This document shows, piece after piece, positions 1 to 10,943 of a stretch of 64,000 nt of DNA. Every line of letters starts with the position of its first letter. Position 1 is the first letter of the stretch. The position numbers and the translations under genes are program-made. The stretch is taken from contig DAOVER010000005.1 in the NCBI GenBank assembly GCA_030668875.1, positions 26,597 to 90,596 of the forward strand. The letters run 5' to 3'. The DNA comes from Candidatus Heimdallarchaeota archaeon. GTDB taxonomy: Archaea; Asgardarchaeota; Heimdallarchaeia; Heimdallarchaeales; Heimdallarchaeaceae. The notes beneath the pieces were generated by a model. It was not told the DNA's origin, made no database searches, and saw only the letters and a list, made by a program, of their open reading frames with translations.

Positions 1-1268
1 CTGGACAAAAATTTGGAACTTATAACTCAAAGCGAGAGAGTTTGGAGCAAGCTGGAGTAACAGTAGTTAATCATCAACATGACCTAATTGAAGCTGTCAA
101 AACAAAACTAGAGAGGTCATATTTTGATGTTGGGGGGTATTATAATAAAATGCAGAAGAAATGGGATGAAAAACCACCTGAAAAAACATGGGGTACTTTG
201 ATAACAAATGCCATGCCTAACAACTTGATAATAAGAGGTTACCCACTACAAGATATTATTGCAAAAAAAGGACTGTTAGAAACATCTTATCTTTTACAAG
301 TTGGAGAATTTCCAGATGTATCAACATTAGTTGAGCTAGAAAAAATAGCCATGGATGCAGCAAAACAACCGTTTGTAAACCAGAATGCAGTTCCCTCAAG
401 TCCAGATATCTCAAAGATGTTAGGAACTTATCTCTTGATTGATACTAGCCTATCTAACTACATTAGTTCGACTAGTGATATAGCGAAAATTGCTTCGTTT
501 AGTTTAGGAAGAATGTTACGGTATCTGGCAATACTCTTAGGAACCACAGATATGCTTGAGAATGCAAGTAATGAAAATACTTCTTTCAGAAAAATGATAT
601 ATCTTGGACTTGTTGGAGAAGAACAACCAGATTTATTAAAAGTGAAGTTACTTGAATCCTTGGTAACAGCTTGTGTTGATCACGGCATAACACCCCCATC
701 TGCTCAAGCAACATTGATATTAGCATCTACTCGTGCAAATTTTGAGGTAGCAATGTCTGCTGGTCTTCAAGCGATTACTGATGTTCATGGAGGAGCAGGG
801 CAAAAAGCTGCTGGTTTCTTCTTGTCTATAGCAAAGAAAGCTAAAGAAGAGAATATTGATCTTGATGAAGCAACATTTGAATTAATTCGTAATACAATCA
901 AAGCAGGTAAAAGAATAGAGGGTTTAGGTCACCGTATACATACTCAAGACCCTAGAAGAGATGTTCTTTGGCAACTTGCTGAGGAAGCAGGTTACGCAAA
1001 AGAATGTGTTGCTATTTCAAAAATAGTAAGCGATGTTTTCTACAGAGTAAGAGGTATGAATCTTCCCATCAATGTAGACGGAGTGATAGCTGCAATTGTT
1101 GCGGATATGAAATTAGATCCAAAACTAGCTAAGGCAATTTTCGTGTTTGGAAGAACAGCAGGATTGGCAGCCCATTACTACGAAGAAATTAGTACACAAC
1201 CGCAAATGAGACGACTAGCATTTGATAAAGCTGTATACAAAGGATCTTCTATACGAGAGGTAAAATAA
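1..1268 (+). CDS. ATP-citrate lyase / citryl-CoA lyase family protein, citrate-synthase-like domain (5' end runs off the window; frame open from base 3)
   Basis: Citrate synthase signature GHRIHTQDPR. The upstream in-frame residues resemble the C-terminus of a succinyl-CoA-synthetase-alpha-like domain (..K..L.QAGVTVV). Confidence 0.5.
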   Translation, partial: GQKFGTYNSKRESLEQAGVTVVNHQHDLIEAVKTKLERSYFDVGGYYNKMQKKWDEKPPEKTWGTLITNAMPNNLIIRGYPLQDIIAKKGLLETSYLLQVGEFPDVSTLVELEKIAMDAAKQPFVNQNAVPSSPDISKMLGTYLLIDTSLSNYISSTSDIAKIASFSLGRMLRYLAILLGTTDMLENASNENTSFRKMIYLGLVGEEQPDLLKVKLLESLVTACVDHGITPPSAQATLILASTRANFEVAMSAGLQAITDVHGGAGQKAAGFFLSIAKKAKEENIDLDEATFELIRNTIKAGKRIEGLGHRIHTQDPRRDVLWQLAEEAGYAKECVAISKIVSDVFYRVRGMNLPINVDGVIAAIVADMKLDPKLAKAIFVFGRTAGLAAHYYEEISTQPQMRRLAFDKAVYKGSSIREVK

Positions 1269-1283
1269 CAACTCTAAACCTAA

Positions 1284-2129
1284 TTGAAGATGTCATCATC
1301 TTCAATTAAAAACAACTTGTTGGAGATAAGAATGAAAGCTTTAGCATTTGAAATAATCGGGAGTATTTTGATTATAAGAGATTCAGCTAATGATAGAGAT
1401 CTAAAAGAATTTGCGGAAAAAAAGATGAAGAGACATCCATATATCCAGACAGTTATGTTACAAACCTCAAAAATCCAAGGTCAGAAGAGAACTCGAGAGC
1501 TGAAATTTCTTCTTGGGAATAAAAACTTTGAAACAATTCACAGAGAACATGGTAATCAATACATACTCAACCCCCTAGACACCTTTTTTTCACCTAGATT
1601 AAGCTTCGAAAGACAGAGAATAGCTGGTCTAGTCAAAGAAAGCGAAGTAATTCTTAATTTCTTTGCGGGGGTTGGACCCTTCAGTATTGCAATTGCCAAA
1701 AAACAACCAAATTGCTTAATTCACAGTATCGAAATAAATAAAAAATCATGCAATTACATGCGAAAAAATATTGAACTAAATAATTGTGAAGACAATATTA
1801 TTGTCTATTGTGGAGATGTTTTTGATATTGCTCCTCACAGATTTCTAAATTCTTCAAATAGAGTGATACTTCCGCTTCCCCTTGAATCAAAACGTTCCTT
1901 ACCTTTGGCTTTTAAATGCTTAAAAGATGGTAAGGGTACTATTCACTGGCAAATAACAGATCATTTGAGTTCAAAGGTTGTCGACTTGAATGTAGTAGCC
2001 ACAAGTATAGAGGAGATATTTGCAAGAGAGAAAATTTCAACCGAACATAGTATTAGTGAGCATCGTGTTGTTAGATGGATTGCTCCTCATATTGCACACA
2101 TTGCAATAGATATTGAGTTAGGACAATGA
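1284..2129 (+). CDS. tRNA methyltransferase of Trm5/TYW2 (Met-10+) family
   Basis: Class I SAM-MTase motif FAGVGPFSIAIA, characteristic of Trm5/Taw2. Confidence 0.55.
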   Translation: MKMSSSSIKNNLLEIRMKALAFEIIGSILIIRDSANDRDLKEFAEKKMKRHPYIQTVMLQTSKIQGQKRTRELKFLLGNKNFETIHREHGNQYILNPLDTFFSPRLSFERQRIAGLVKESEVILNFFAGVGPFSIAIAKKQPNCLIHSIEINKKSCNYMRKNIELNNCEDNIIVYCGDVFDIAPHRFLNSSNRVILPLPLESKRSLPLAFKCLKDGKGTIHWQITDHLSSKVVDLNVVATSIEEIFAREKISTEHSISEHRVVRWIAPHIAHIAIDIELGQ

Positions 2130-2540
2130 AAATTCGCTTACGTAATCAGCAATCTGAACTAGTTCTTCAATAAGCTCTTCACTTGTAAAAATAATTTCAT
2201 TTTTTGATTTTATTTGTTCTATTATTTTGATAAAATCTTTTATTGAAACTTGACTAAAATTCAGAAAAAGATCAATGTTAGCTACTAATATTGTCCAATT
2301 GTTGGTTGAAAACAAGCTCTTCAAGGCAGCTAACCCAAGTTTCATAATTTCTGTTTTATTAATAATCCGGATCTGGAAATGGGTGTGTTCCTCTAGGCTC
2401 TTAATCCAACTGTAACTATCATTGAAAATAATAAGTATGGTTTCAAGAGAGTGCCCTTCTGACCTAATAATTGTACCTAAGCCTGTTTCAAAAGCCTTTA
2501 TCTTATCTCCAAAATAGAAATGAACTAAACCTGGCATCAA
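2118..2540 (-). CDS. hypothetical protein
   Basis: 140-aa ORF with no recognisable motif. Confidence 0.3.
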   Translation of the reverse strand: MMPGLVHFYFGDKIKAFETGLGTIIRSEGHSLETILIIFNDSYSWIKSLEEHTHFQIRIINKTEIMKLGLAALKSLFSTNNWTILVANIDLFLNFSQVSIKDFIKIIEQIKSKNEIIFTSEELIEELVQIADYVSEFSLS

Positions 2541-2558
2541 TCATTCCATCTTAAAAAT

Positions 2559-3911
2559 CTATTTTTTAATTTTCTTAATATATCTCCTATAACCATCTAA
2601 TGTGTCTTCAATTCTTAGAACATGTTTTTCTGCCTTAATTCTGAGTTCTTGCCATTCATCTTCATCAATCTTTTCAGAATTCAACGCTTGTTCGAGTTGT
2701 TGAATGCGTTCCAAGGCTTTTTGTCTCTTCGATTCTAAATGGGTGATAATATTCTGTATATCTTCAGATTGTACAGGAGATTTCTCCGTTTCACCTGATT
2801 CTGCTTCAATCATTTTTGTTAGAGCGGATTTTTCTTCTGGTTCAATATCTTTTTCCTCGGAAACATGAGCTATTGTTCTTTTGATAGATGAAACGAATTG
2901 TGCAGCATCTTCTTCTTCCGGTGCGGAAAGAACGCCACCTAAACGCGACACTGAAGCTCTAAAAGCATGTACTTCTTCCAGTTCTTCGTCTGTAAGTCCT
3001 TCATCAATTATCATTTCTTGTTCTGTCACAGAGGGGGAGTCATCGCCTAAGGTCAGTAATTTTTCAGTCAATGGTGATATTACGGAATCGTCCCCAGGAT
3101 CTAGGGCTGTTAAGAGACTAGCCAGTTTCTTTAGAGATTCTTGCTCAGATTCCAGAGTTTGTATAAATGGTTCTTGTTTGAATTCATACTGGGAAGCCAG
3201 TTCTATTCCTTCAATCAATTCTTTCGCGTCTGATGAAACATCTTCCTTTTCCTTAATTACAATTTCACCCTTCACTTCTGGCTCAGTTTCTATTTCAGTA
3301 GTATCAAGCTCCTCATCCGCATCTTCTTCTTTCATTTCTTCATCGAAAATCTCAATTTCAGATGGGATTACTTTTATTTCTTCTTCCTTTTCTTTATCAT
3401 CAATTTCAGGAATAACTTCAACTTTTTCAACTTCTTTCTCTGTTACTGTTTCCTCTTCGATGACTTCACCTTTTGGCAATTTTGATGTTTTTGACTTGAT
3501 TTTCTTTATTTCTTCATTTAAAGAATGGAAACTCAATTCCAAAGACTCAAGTTTCGCATTCAAATATTGGAGTGCATCATTATCAACAGCTGCAGATCGT
3601 TGATATTCAATCTGCAACATATTAGCATGAGTTATGACATTGTAAACTGTATCTGTCATTTCAGGTAATTCGCGGAACCAAGGCCCTGCACTATCAAATT
3701 TTAGTAATACATCCTTTGCTTTTTGAAAATGTTTCTCATATTCTTCTTGTTGTTCAAGGGGCAGAAATGATTTTGCAAAAGAGGTTAAAGTTGCAAGATT
3801 TGTTATCAAGTGTGCTTTGACGTTTTCTTCCTCATCAGGATTGTATTCCCCCTTCAGGACACCCCAAAACATCTTTTTTATTTCTTCAATGGCTTCTTCA
3901 AGATTCATCAT
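2559..3911 (-). CDS. highly acidic (Glu-rich) coiled-coil protein, function unknown
   Basis: 450-aa ORF with long E/K/I-rich low-complexity middle. Confidence 0.4.
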   Translation of the reverse strand: MMNLEEAIEEIKKMFWGVLKGEYNPDEEENVKAHLITNLATLTSFAKSFLPLEQQEEYEKHFQKAKDVLLKFDSAGPWFRELPEMTDTVYNVITHANMLQIEYQRSAAVDNDALQYLNAKLESLELSFHSLNEEIKKIKSKTSKLPKGEVIEEETVTEKEVEKVEVIPEIDDKEKEEEIKVIPSEIEIFDEEMKEEDADEELDTTEIETEPEVKGEIVIKEKEDVSSDAKELIEGIELASQYEFKQEPFIQTLESEQESLKKLASLLTALDPGDDSVISPLTEKLLTLGDDSPSVTEQEMIIDEGLTDEELEEVHAFRASVSRLGGVLSAPEEEDAAQFVSSIKRTIAHVSEEKDIEPEEKSALTKMIEAESGETEKSPVQSEDIQNIITHLESKRQKALERIQQLEQALNSEKIDEDEWQELRIKAEKHVLRIEDTLDGYRRYIKKIKK

Positions 3912-4924
3912 TAAAACCCTAAATTAATAGTTCTTCGCTTTGTAAAATCTGGAGGAAGAGATGGTTCTATAAAAACTGCTTCAGCACTTAAGTCCTCTCT
4001 CATTTGATTAACAGATTCTAGTTTGTCAGCTGATGAAACATTCCAGAAATACAAAGAATATTTCATACCAGAACTTGAATAATCCTTGAGAACTTCAAGT
4101 GATGAAAGTATTTGTTGATACTCTGGTGTTCCTCGTGAAGGGAAGGATTCACTCCAAGGGTTAACATGAATAACGAAATTGTTTGTTACTTTAGCCAATT
4201 CAGTAATATTTTGCCCAAAATACTCATCAGCTCCAACAAGAAAACCTGTCTCTTTATCAGTCTTTACTGTAATTGCAATATCAATGTTTTTTAGATTCTT
4301 TATTGAGTCTGTTATTTCCCTTAAAGTTTGATTTATGTAAGTTGCCCGCGATTCCTTCCACTCTGCTAATAAGTCTCTAGATTCAAGGAAATCTGAACTA
4401 AAATCTCGTTCCACATTCCATTTAGCAGCAAAAATTCTGCGACATCGGTCACAAAAACAAGTTTCTTTGCTTGGAAACATTAATCCATCAAGCACAAGAG
4501 ATTCGATTGGATATTGCGCAACTTCTAGAGCAATTGATGCAATATATTTACTGAAATGCTCCTGACTTGGGCATGCATATGATGGCACAACTCCACCCTC
4601 GCTACTAATGATTCGAAAATCTGCATTTTGTGATAGAAAATTATCTTCATGATTGTAAATGAATGCGTTAACTTTGATCCCCATGTTATCTGCTATTGTG
4701 CAGAAGGAGTGGAAGAACACACCATTGAATTTATCTTTAGGAGCACTGTTGCTCTGGTAAAAAGTGAAACCAGACCTTCCTTTTGCAACTAAAGCAATTG
4801 TATCTAAAATATGACCATAATGATCAAGAAAATCATCAGGGTTTGTGTCAATGATAGTAGGATTAACAACCAGTATTGCTCCGCTTTCAAGTATTTCCTG
4901 AATAATGTCTGCCAAAGTAATCAC
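3911..4924 (-). CDS. hypothetical protein with CxCxxC cysteine cluster
   Basis: 337-aa ORF abutting the upstream gene. Confidence 0.35.
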   Translation of the reverse strand: MITLADIIQEILESGAILVVNPTIIDTNPDDFLDHYGHILDTIALVAKGRSGFTFYQSNSAPKDKFNGVFFHSFCTIADNMGIKVNAFIYNHEDNFLSQNADFRIISSEGGVVPSYACPSQEHFSKYIASIALEVAQYPIESLVLDGLMFPSKETCFCDRCRRIFAAKWNVERDFSSDFLESRDLLAEWKESRATYINQTLREITDSIKNLKNIDIAITVKTDKETGFLVGADEYFGQNITELAKVTNNFVIHVNPWSESFPSRGTPEYQQILSSLEVLKDYSSSGMKYSLYFWNVSSADKLESVNQMREDLSAEAVFIEPSLPPDFTKRRTINLGF

Positions 4925-5003
4925 ATTGATATTTTATTTAATATGATAAACGATTTTTCCTTATTAAACGTTTGTTCAAAGGCCTCGATCTTACCTTCAG
5001 TTC

Positions 5004-5441
5004 TTACTGTAGGTTCAAGAGATTAAGATTGAATTCCTCATCTTTTTTTCTAGTTATTGTAGAATTAATTTCGAAGATTGTAAACTCACCTGTGACACTA
5101 ATGATTGTACCAGGAAGTACGTGACCTCCAAATGTATTTCCCTTGATATCGCCTATAATCATATGAATGTGGGGGATATAGTCATTTGTTTCTTCATTTT
5201 TTGAGATATTACCAGTACAGCATAAAACCTCAGCATTGAAATCGAATTTATTTTCTAAATATGTTTTTTTATCCAGATCATAATATCCAAGTGATGCCGT
5301 GCTTACCGCACCTAAGCCATAGATTGCCCCAGAAGTGAGATTTTTTTCTTTGCAATATTCAATAACGCTTTTTAACACATCTTCACCCCTCATTAAACGT
5401 AAGAAGTGAACACCCTTCAATTCATCAAATTTTGATTGCAT
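5004..5441 (-). CDS. PPC/DUF296-domain protein (putative DNA-binding)
   Basis: GxxGxxAVS..LG pattern and size typical of the PCC domain. Confidence 0.4.
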   Translation of the reverse strand: MQSKFDELKGVHFLRLMRGEDVLKSVIEYCKEKNLTSGAIYGLGAVSTASLGYYDLDKKTYLENKFDFNAEVLCCTGNISKNEETNDYIPHIHMIIGDIKGNTFGGHVLPGTIISVTGEFTIFEINSTITRKKDEEFNLNLLNLQ

Positions 5442-5629
5442 AATCTATCACCAGTTTGTCATTAAATGTTTTTAAATTATATATTATTCTTAAGCTACTT
5501 ATACAAAAATGTTCTAGTAAATCAAAAAGAGAAGAAAATATTTGGGAATCTTAACCATTTAACAACAAATATTATATTTGTATGTTTTAATATCCCTCAA
5601 ATAATAATAATTTTAGAGTTATTGATATT

Positions 5630-8368
5630 ATGAATTCCAATCTTACTAAATTTCTATCTGAAAATTCAAAAAAAGACAACCCGAATATTCAGAATCAGAC
5701 TAATAAAGTTAATAATAGTAATTTTCCAGATGATGAAGAGGATAATCATATGTTTATTGCAAATCATGGAAAACAAACTCTTGAGGATAAAGGGAAGGAT
5801 TACATTCAAATTGCCCCTGACAACCTACCACCTTCAATTCTAATAGACGTAAAATATGATGGTAAGAATGAGCAAGCATATGCTAAATTGTTCAATCTTG
5901 AGGATGGAAGAGTTTACCGTTGGTATGACAATACAAACCATCTACCGTATCTATTAACAACTTTAAGCAAAACTCAAGTTGAAGCTCAATTAAAAAATGA
6001 GAAGGAATTCATAGGTTGTGAGATAGTAAAGAGACATAATTTGTTAAATGATAAAACCATAAATTTAACTAAGGTTCTAGCAACTAATCCTTTAGCAATT
6101 GGTGGTAAAAACAACAGTTACAGAGACCAACTGTCTCCCTCTTTTGAGTCCAATATTCGCTACCATCTTAACTATATTTATGACCGCCATTTAGTTCCAG
6201 GTACCTATTATAAAATTCAAAACGGGGAGTTGATAAGTGAGGAACCTACAATTAGTTTAGAAGTACAAGAAGGTATTCTTGAAATTTTTAAGGGACAATC
6301 ACAAGAAATTGCGAGATTAGTTAAACAAAACATGCCTCTATTCTTTGCACCTATTCCTAATATCAAACGTTGTTCTGTTGATATTGAACTTCATAGTGAA
6401 CCAAACAAAATCCCCGACCCAAATGCAGCGATTGAAAAGGTAATCTCAATAGGAATTTCAGATACTGATGGGGATACTTGTGTTTATGTGCTTAATGAAG
6501 AAGGTAAGCAAATTGACAAAATTAAAGCAATTAGTAAGTTCATTGAATTCAAGGACGAAGCTGAATTGCTTAAAGCAGTTTTCAAAAAAATTGGAGAATA
6601 TCCGGTTGTTATTACATTCAATGGAGACAATTTCGACTTTCTATATTTGGATAATAGAGCAAAAAAATTAAAAATAGAAGAAACTCTGATTCCTTTCATC
6701 AGAACAAGGACTCAAGACATCTATCTTTCTCATGCAGTTCATATTGATTTGTATCGATTCTTCAGACAACCAGCCATGAGAATTTACGCATTTGGGGGGG
6801 CTTATGAAAGAGTCACCCTAAACGAGCTAGGAAAATCACTTCTTGACAAAGAAAAAGTGAAACTAGATAAAAACATTTGGGATTTAGATTTAGAAGATTT
6901 AATTACATATAATGCACAAGACGCAGAAATAACTCTTGAATTAACTACATTTAGTAATAATCAAGCAATAGAACTCATATTTATGCTGTCCAGAATCACA
7001 AAGATGCCAATAGATGATTTCACAAGATCAAGTGTAAGCATTTGGATTCAGAACTGGATGTACTTTGAACACAGACTCCTAAATTATCTAATCCCAAGAA
7101 AGCAAGATATTCTACAACTGAAAGGTGATACATCTACGGAAGCAATTATCAAAGGTAAAAAGTATCAAGGAGCGATTGTAATCGAACCGCAAGTGGGTGT
7201 ATGGTGGAATGTCTCTGTTTTAGATTTTGCATCACTTTATCCTTCAATTATTAAAACTCGTAATCTATCATATGAAACAATCAATTGTACCCATGCAGAA
7301 TGTAAAGGGAATAAAATTCCTGAGACAAGTCATTGGGTATGTAGCAAGAAGGCAGGTATAAGTTCCATGCTTGTTGGATTTATAAGAGATATTCGTGTTT
7401 ATTGGTTTAAAGATCGAGCAAAAGACCCAAGTTTAAGTGAAAGTGAGAGAAATCAAAGCAATGTGATTCAATCTTCATTAAAAGTTCTTCTCAACGCCTC
7501 ATATGGCGTATTTGGTTCGGATAATTTCGCCCTTTACTGTCCACCTGTAGCAGAATCAACTGCGGCTATAGCCAGAGAAGCTATTTCAAAAACCAAACAG
7601 TACTGTGAACAGAAATTAGGTTTAAAAGTTCTTTATGGCGATACTGACAGTATCTTTGTGCTTAAACCAACGGAAGATAACATAAAAGAACTAGAAAATT
7701 GGAGTATGAAAACTTTTCAAATTGAATTGGGAACAGATTATGTCTTTAGATACTGTGGTCTTTCAGATAGAAAAAAGAATTATTTTGGCATCACAACTAC
7801 AGGAAAACCCATAGTGAAAGGTTTAATGGGTAAAAAGAAAAATACGCCTATTCTTGCTAAACGCCCCTTTGAAAAGGCTCTAGAGATATTATCTGAGGTT
7901 CAGAATCCTGAGGAATTAGAGGTTGCTAAGAAACAAATCATAAAGATAACTAAGAAAGTTGTTCAAGAGATATCGAAGAGAGAATTTAATCTTGAGGATC
8001 TTGCTATCACTGTAACACTATCAAAAAAACTTGAACAATACGATAGTTGGACTCAACCTTTGCAAACAGCCATTCAGTTAATTGTCGCATTTCCAGAAGG
8101 TGAAAGACCATCAGTTGGGAGTTTTGTTAGTTTCATCAAAACCAAACCATTTAAAATTCAAGCAAATGACGTAAAACTGTCTGATAAAATTAACAAGAGT
8201 AGTGAGTGTTCAGTTAAGCCACTTCAATTAGCTAAGAAAATAGATGTAGATATACCTAAAATTAAAGAACTACTCAAAACAACATTAGTACAATTGTTTG
8301 ACACCATTGGAATTTCATGGGATGAGTCTGTCGAAGGACAAAAATCATTAGATAATTGGTTCAAATAG
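5630..8368 (+). CDS. polB: DNA polymerase family B
   Basis: Exo I DIE, Exo II FNGDNFDFLYL, Exo III YNAQDAE, Pol A DFASLYPSII and Pol C YGDTDS motifs. The N-terminal ~100 aa is N/Q-rich low-complexity. Confidence 0.9.
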   Translation: MNSNLTKFLSENSKKDNPNIQNQTNKVNNSNFPDDEEDNHMFIANHGKQTLEDKGKDYIQIAPDNLPPSILIDVKYDGKNEQAYAKLFNLEDGRVYRWYDNTNHLPYLLTTLSKTQVEAQLKNEKEFIGCEIVKRHNLLNDKTINLTKVLATNPLAIGGKNNSYRDQLSPSFESNIRYHLNYIYDRHLVPGTYYKIQNGELISEEPTISLEVQEGILEIFKGQSQEIARLVKQNMPLFFAPIPNIKRCSVDIELHSEPNKIPDPNAAIEKVISIGISDTDGDTCVYVLNEEGKQIDKIKAISKFIEFKDEAELLKAVFKKIGEYPVVITFNGDNFDFLYLDNRAKKLKIEETLIPFIRTRTQDIYLSHAVHIDLYRFFRQPAMRIYAFGGAYERVTLNELGKSLLDKEKVKLDKNIWDLDLEDLITYNAQDAEITLELTTFSNNQAIELIFMLSRITKMPIDDFTRSSVSIWIQNWMYFEHRLLNYLIPRKQDILQLKGDTSTEAIIKGKKYQGAIVIEPQVGVWWNVSVLDFASLYPSIIKTRNLSYETINCTHAECKGNKIPETSHWVCSKKAGISSMLVGFIRDIRVYWFKDRAKDPSLSESERNQSNVIQSSLKVLLNASYGVFGSDNFALYCPPVAESTAAIAREAISKTKQYCEQKLGLKVLYGDTDSIFVLKPTEDNIKELENWSMKTFQIELGTDYVFRYCGLSDRKKNYFGITTTGKPIVKGLMGKKKNTPILAKRPFEKALEILSEVQNPEELEVAKKQIIKITKKVVQEISKREFNLEDLAITVTLSKKLEQYDSWTQPLQTAIQLIVAFPEGERPSVGSFVSFIKTKPFKIQANDVKLSDKINKSSECSVKPLQLAKKIDVDIPKIKELLKTTLVQLFDTIGISWDESVEGQKSLDNWFK

Positions 8369-8380
8369 AAGTTGATGTAG

Positions 8381-9094
8381 ATGTTAAGAACAACTATGAT
8401 AAGAATTTCGCAGAAATCGTTGAACATAGATACCTTAGATGAGTTTTACTCTTCTTTAGATGATGAATCTATAACAATTAAGCGTATTTTTGACCCACGA
8501 TATTCATTTTCAGGAGATGATCTCATCATAGAAGGGGATATCGATAAGGTTCTTACAAAACTTACACATGATTTACCCAAGGTTATTTCAGTTCGTTATA
8601 ATTTCGATGAATTTGAGGACCTCTTTGATCCTATAACAGCTCTCAATATTCAACATGGAGAAACTAAGATATACTTTGGAACAACTATGGTTGATTATGA
8701 AAACCTGTATGATAGATTACGCGTTAATGATAAGAAAAAGATATTTGCATTATTATTTAGAACACAACTTGGAAGCCAATTTATCTCACTTATGCCAGTA
8801 AAGATAAAGGGTGTTGTAGTAACGAATCTGTCAAATGGAAGTATTGAATTTATATTACCAACTCAAAGATTGGAAACTTTGAAAGTCTGGCTACAAAAAC
8901 TTATAGAAGTACGAACTGTGAATTTTGATACACTGGTTGATATTTACCGCGAAACTGACCCAGACATGAGAAGGAAAATGGAAGAAACAATGATTTGGGT
9001 CAACGGTCAATTACCGGATATTGTAGCGAAATCAACTGTTGTGGAAGATATTGACATAGTAAGAGCATACCAAAATACCTTAGCACTCATGTGA
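8381..9094 (+). CDS. hypothetical protein, co-oriented 13 nt downstream of polB
   Basis: 237-aa ORF with no recognisable motif. Confidence 0.4.
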   Translation: MLRTTMIRISQKSLNIDTLDEFYSSLDDESITIKRIFDPRYSFSGDDLIIEGDIDKVLTKLTHDLPKVISVRYNFDEFEDLFDPITALNIQHGETKIYFGTTMVDYENLYDRLRVNDKKKIFALLFRTQLGSQFISLMPVKIKGVVVTNLSNGSIEFILPTQRLETLKVWLQKLIEVRTVNFDTLVDIYRETDPDMRRKMEETMIWVNGQLPDIVAKSTVVEDIDIVRAYQNTLALM

Positions 9095-9144
9095 CTTTTT
9101 TTCTTGGTTTCATTAAGACATAAAGAGTTAAAGTTAAAAATAAA

Positions 9145-9864
9145 GTGTTTTTATGCATTCAAGGAGAAAACAAAATGAAAAAGATGAAACTAATAATTCC
9201 ATTAATCTTAGTTGTAGTGTTACCTATTTTTGTCTTACCAACAGATGCTTTCATACCTGAAGATCAAGTTTTGATATTAGATCAACAATACTTCACAAGG
9301 GAAGCTGTTGAAGGAGAAAATATTACTATTGGAATTATTGTTAAGAATTTCTTTAATTACACAATTACAGACGTAAACATCTCATTAGACCTTACTGAAG
9401 AGGTCAACGCACTAAGATTTACTTCTTGTGATTTTGGTTCCCTCTCCAAGGAAAATGTTACTCTTAATTCAACAATGCAATCATCTGATGAAAACGAGTT
9501 CACTTCCACAAACATAACTTATGGTTATATGACAGAAAGTCATCTCACTTTCAATGTTTCACAGATATTGAATGGAACCCAAGCAATTTTTTATTATAAT
9601 GTGACTTCAGATGAAGATAGGTCAGCACAAGTTCCATATGTAAGAATGTCTTATTATGATAATTGGGAAGATCTTCAGGAAATTCAGAGTCAAAACCTAT
9701 TATTACTCAATTTCTTACCAGCTAATCCCCTAAAAGATCCAGTTTTACCCTGTTGGGAGTGTGGTGAATCCTTGCCAAATGTTTGGGGCTGGATTATTAT
9801 AGGGTTAGCACCAATATTATTTGGAGCTATAATTTCCTCTGTTTTATACATACGCAGAAGATAA
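9145..9864 (+). CDS. secreted surface protein with C-terminal TM anchor and many N-glycosylation sequons
   Basis: N-terminal signal-like hydrophobic stretch, about 9 NxS/T sequons, and a C-terminal hydrophobic helix followed by RRR. Confidence 0.45.
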   Translation: MFLCIQGENKMKKMKLIIPLILVVVLPIFVLPTDAFIPEDQVLILDQQYFTREAVEGENITIGIIVKNFFNYTITDVNISLDLTEEVNALRFTSCDFGSLSKENVTLNSTMQSSDENEFTSTNITYGYMTESHLTFNVSQILNGTQAIFYYNVTSDEDRSAQVPYVRMSYYDNWEDLQEIQSQNLLLLNFLPANPLKDPVLPCWECGESLPNVWGWIIIGLAPILFGAIISSVLYIRRR

Positions 9865-9893
9865 AGTGATCTTCTGAGTTCCTCTTCTATTTT

Positions 9894-10754
9894 TCATTTA
9901 TCATAGATATAGAAGCCTTCTCTTGTTTTCTTTCCCAGCTTTCCCTCATTCACTAATTTACTGAGAATTTTAGCTGGTTTGTAACTCACACCTAGTTGTT
10001 CTTCCAGATATTGACCAATATCTAAAATAACATCTAAGCCTATGTAGTCAGATAACTCAAATGGCCCCATAGGATGATTAAGCCCAAGTTTAATTGCAGA
10101 GTCGATAAATTCTTTATCAGAAATACCATTTTCAAACAATTTGTAAGCTTCATTCAAGAAGGGCCAAAGTAAACGATTTACTATGAAACCAGGTGCCTCA
10201 TTTGATGGTACTGCAATTTTACCTAACCTGGTACATAAAGCAATTATGTCTTCTACTACTGACTCACTTGTTCTTCTCCCTTTAATAATTTCAACAAGTT
10301 TCATGAGTTGTGGAGGATTAAAGAAATGCATCCCTAGAAACTTGGAAGGTCTGTTAGTTACATCAGCTAAACTGCTAATACTTAAGGCAGAAGTATTACT
10401 AGCAAATATTACTTCATCAGAGCAAATTGAATCCAATTCTATAAACAGGTTCTTTTTGGCACTCTCATTTTCAATAATTGCCTCGATTACTAGTTGAATA
10501 TCTTTGGTAGCTTCTTCTAAATTAGTGCTCAGAATAACACGTTTAAGAATCTCTTTAGATTCATTTGGAGTTATTTTTTCTTTTTCTATACTTCTTTTAA
10601 GAAACTTCTTTATGTGTTCAAGTCCTCTATCAAGATACTTCTGTTCAACATCTACTAAAACAACTTCAATTTTTGCTTGTGCAAAAACAAGAGCTATTCC
10701 ACTCCCCATAGTTCCGGAACCAATAACTGCTATTCGGTTAATATCTGTGATCAT
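9894..10754 (-). CDS. 3-hydroxyacyl-CoA / 3-hydroxybutyryl-CoA dehydrogenase
   Basis: N-terminal Rossmann motif IAVIGSGTMGSGIA and the overall HBD-family pattern. Confidence 0.8.
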   Translation of the reverse strand: MITDINRIAVIGSGTMGSGIALVFAQAKIEVVLVDVEQKYLDRGLEHIKKFLKRSIEKEKITPNESKEILKRVILSTNLEEATKDIQLVIEAIIENESAKKNLFIELDSICSDEVIFASNTSALSISSLADVTNRPSKFLGMHFFNPPQLMKLVEIIKGRRTSESVVEDIIALCTRLGKIAVPSNEAPGFIVNRLLWPFLNEAYKLFENGISDKEFIDSAIKLGLNHPMGPFELSDYIGLDVILDIGQYLEEQLGVSYKPAKILSKLVNEGKLGKKTREGFYIYDK

Positions 10755-10943
10755 ATAACCAATTTATCTCCTTAATATATTTAAGAATTAAGCAACAAAA
10801 GTTTTCTAGTAGTTAACTAAATGTGAGTTTGATATAGTTCTGCTTGATGGAAGTTGTGAATGTAATGTATTTTCTCTCGTAACCTCTTAGTATTACATCG
10901 CCTTTTATTCGTTTTTATGAATTTTTAACTGGGTGCCTTATAG

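Noticed and set aside
2881-3603. 240-aa Ser-rich ORF on the plus strand
   Set aside because: Antisense shadow of the Glu-rich gene 2559-3911. GAA/GAG-rich coding gives Ser/Phe-rich antisense frames.
10183-10758. Two plus-strand ORFs (104 and 84 aa)
   Set aside because: Antisense of the 3-hydroxyacyl-CoA dehydrogenase gene.
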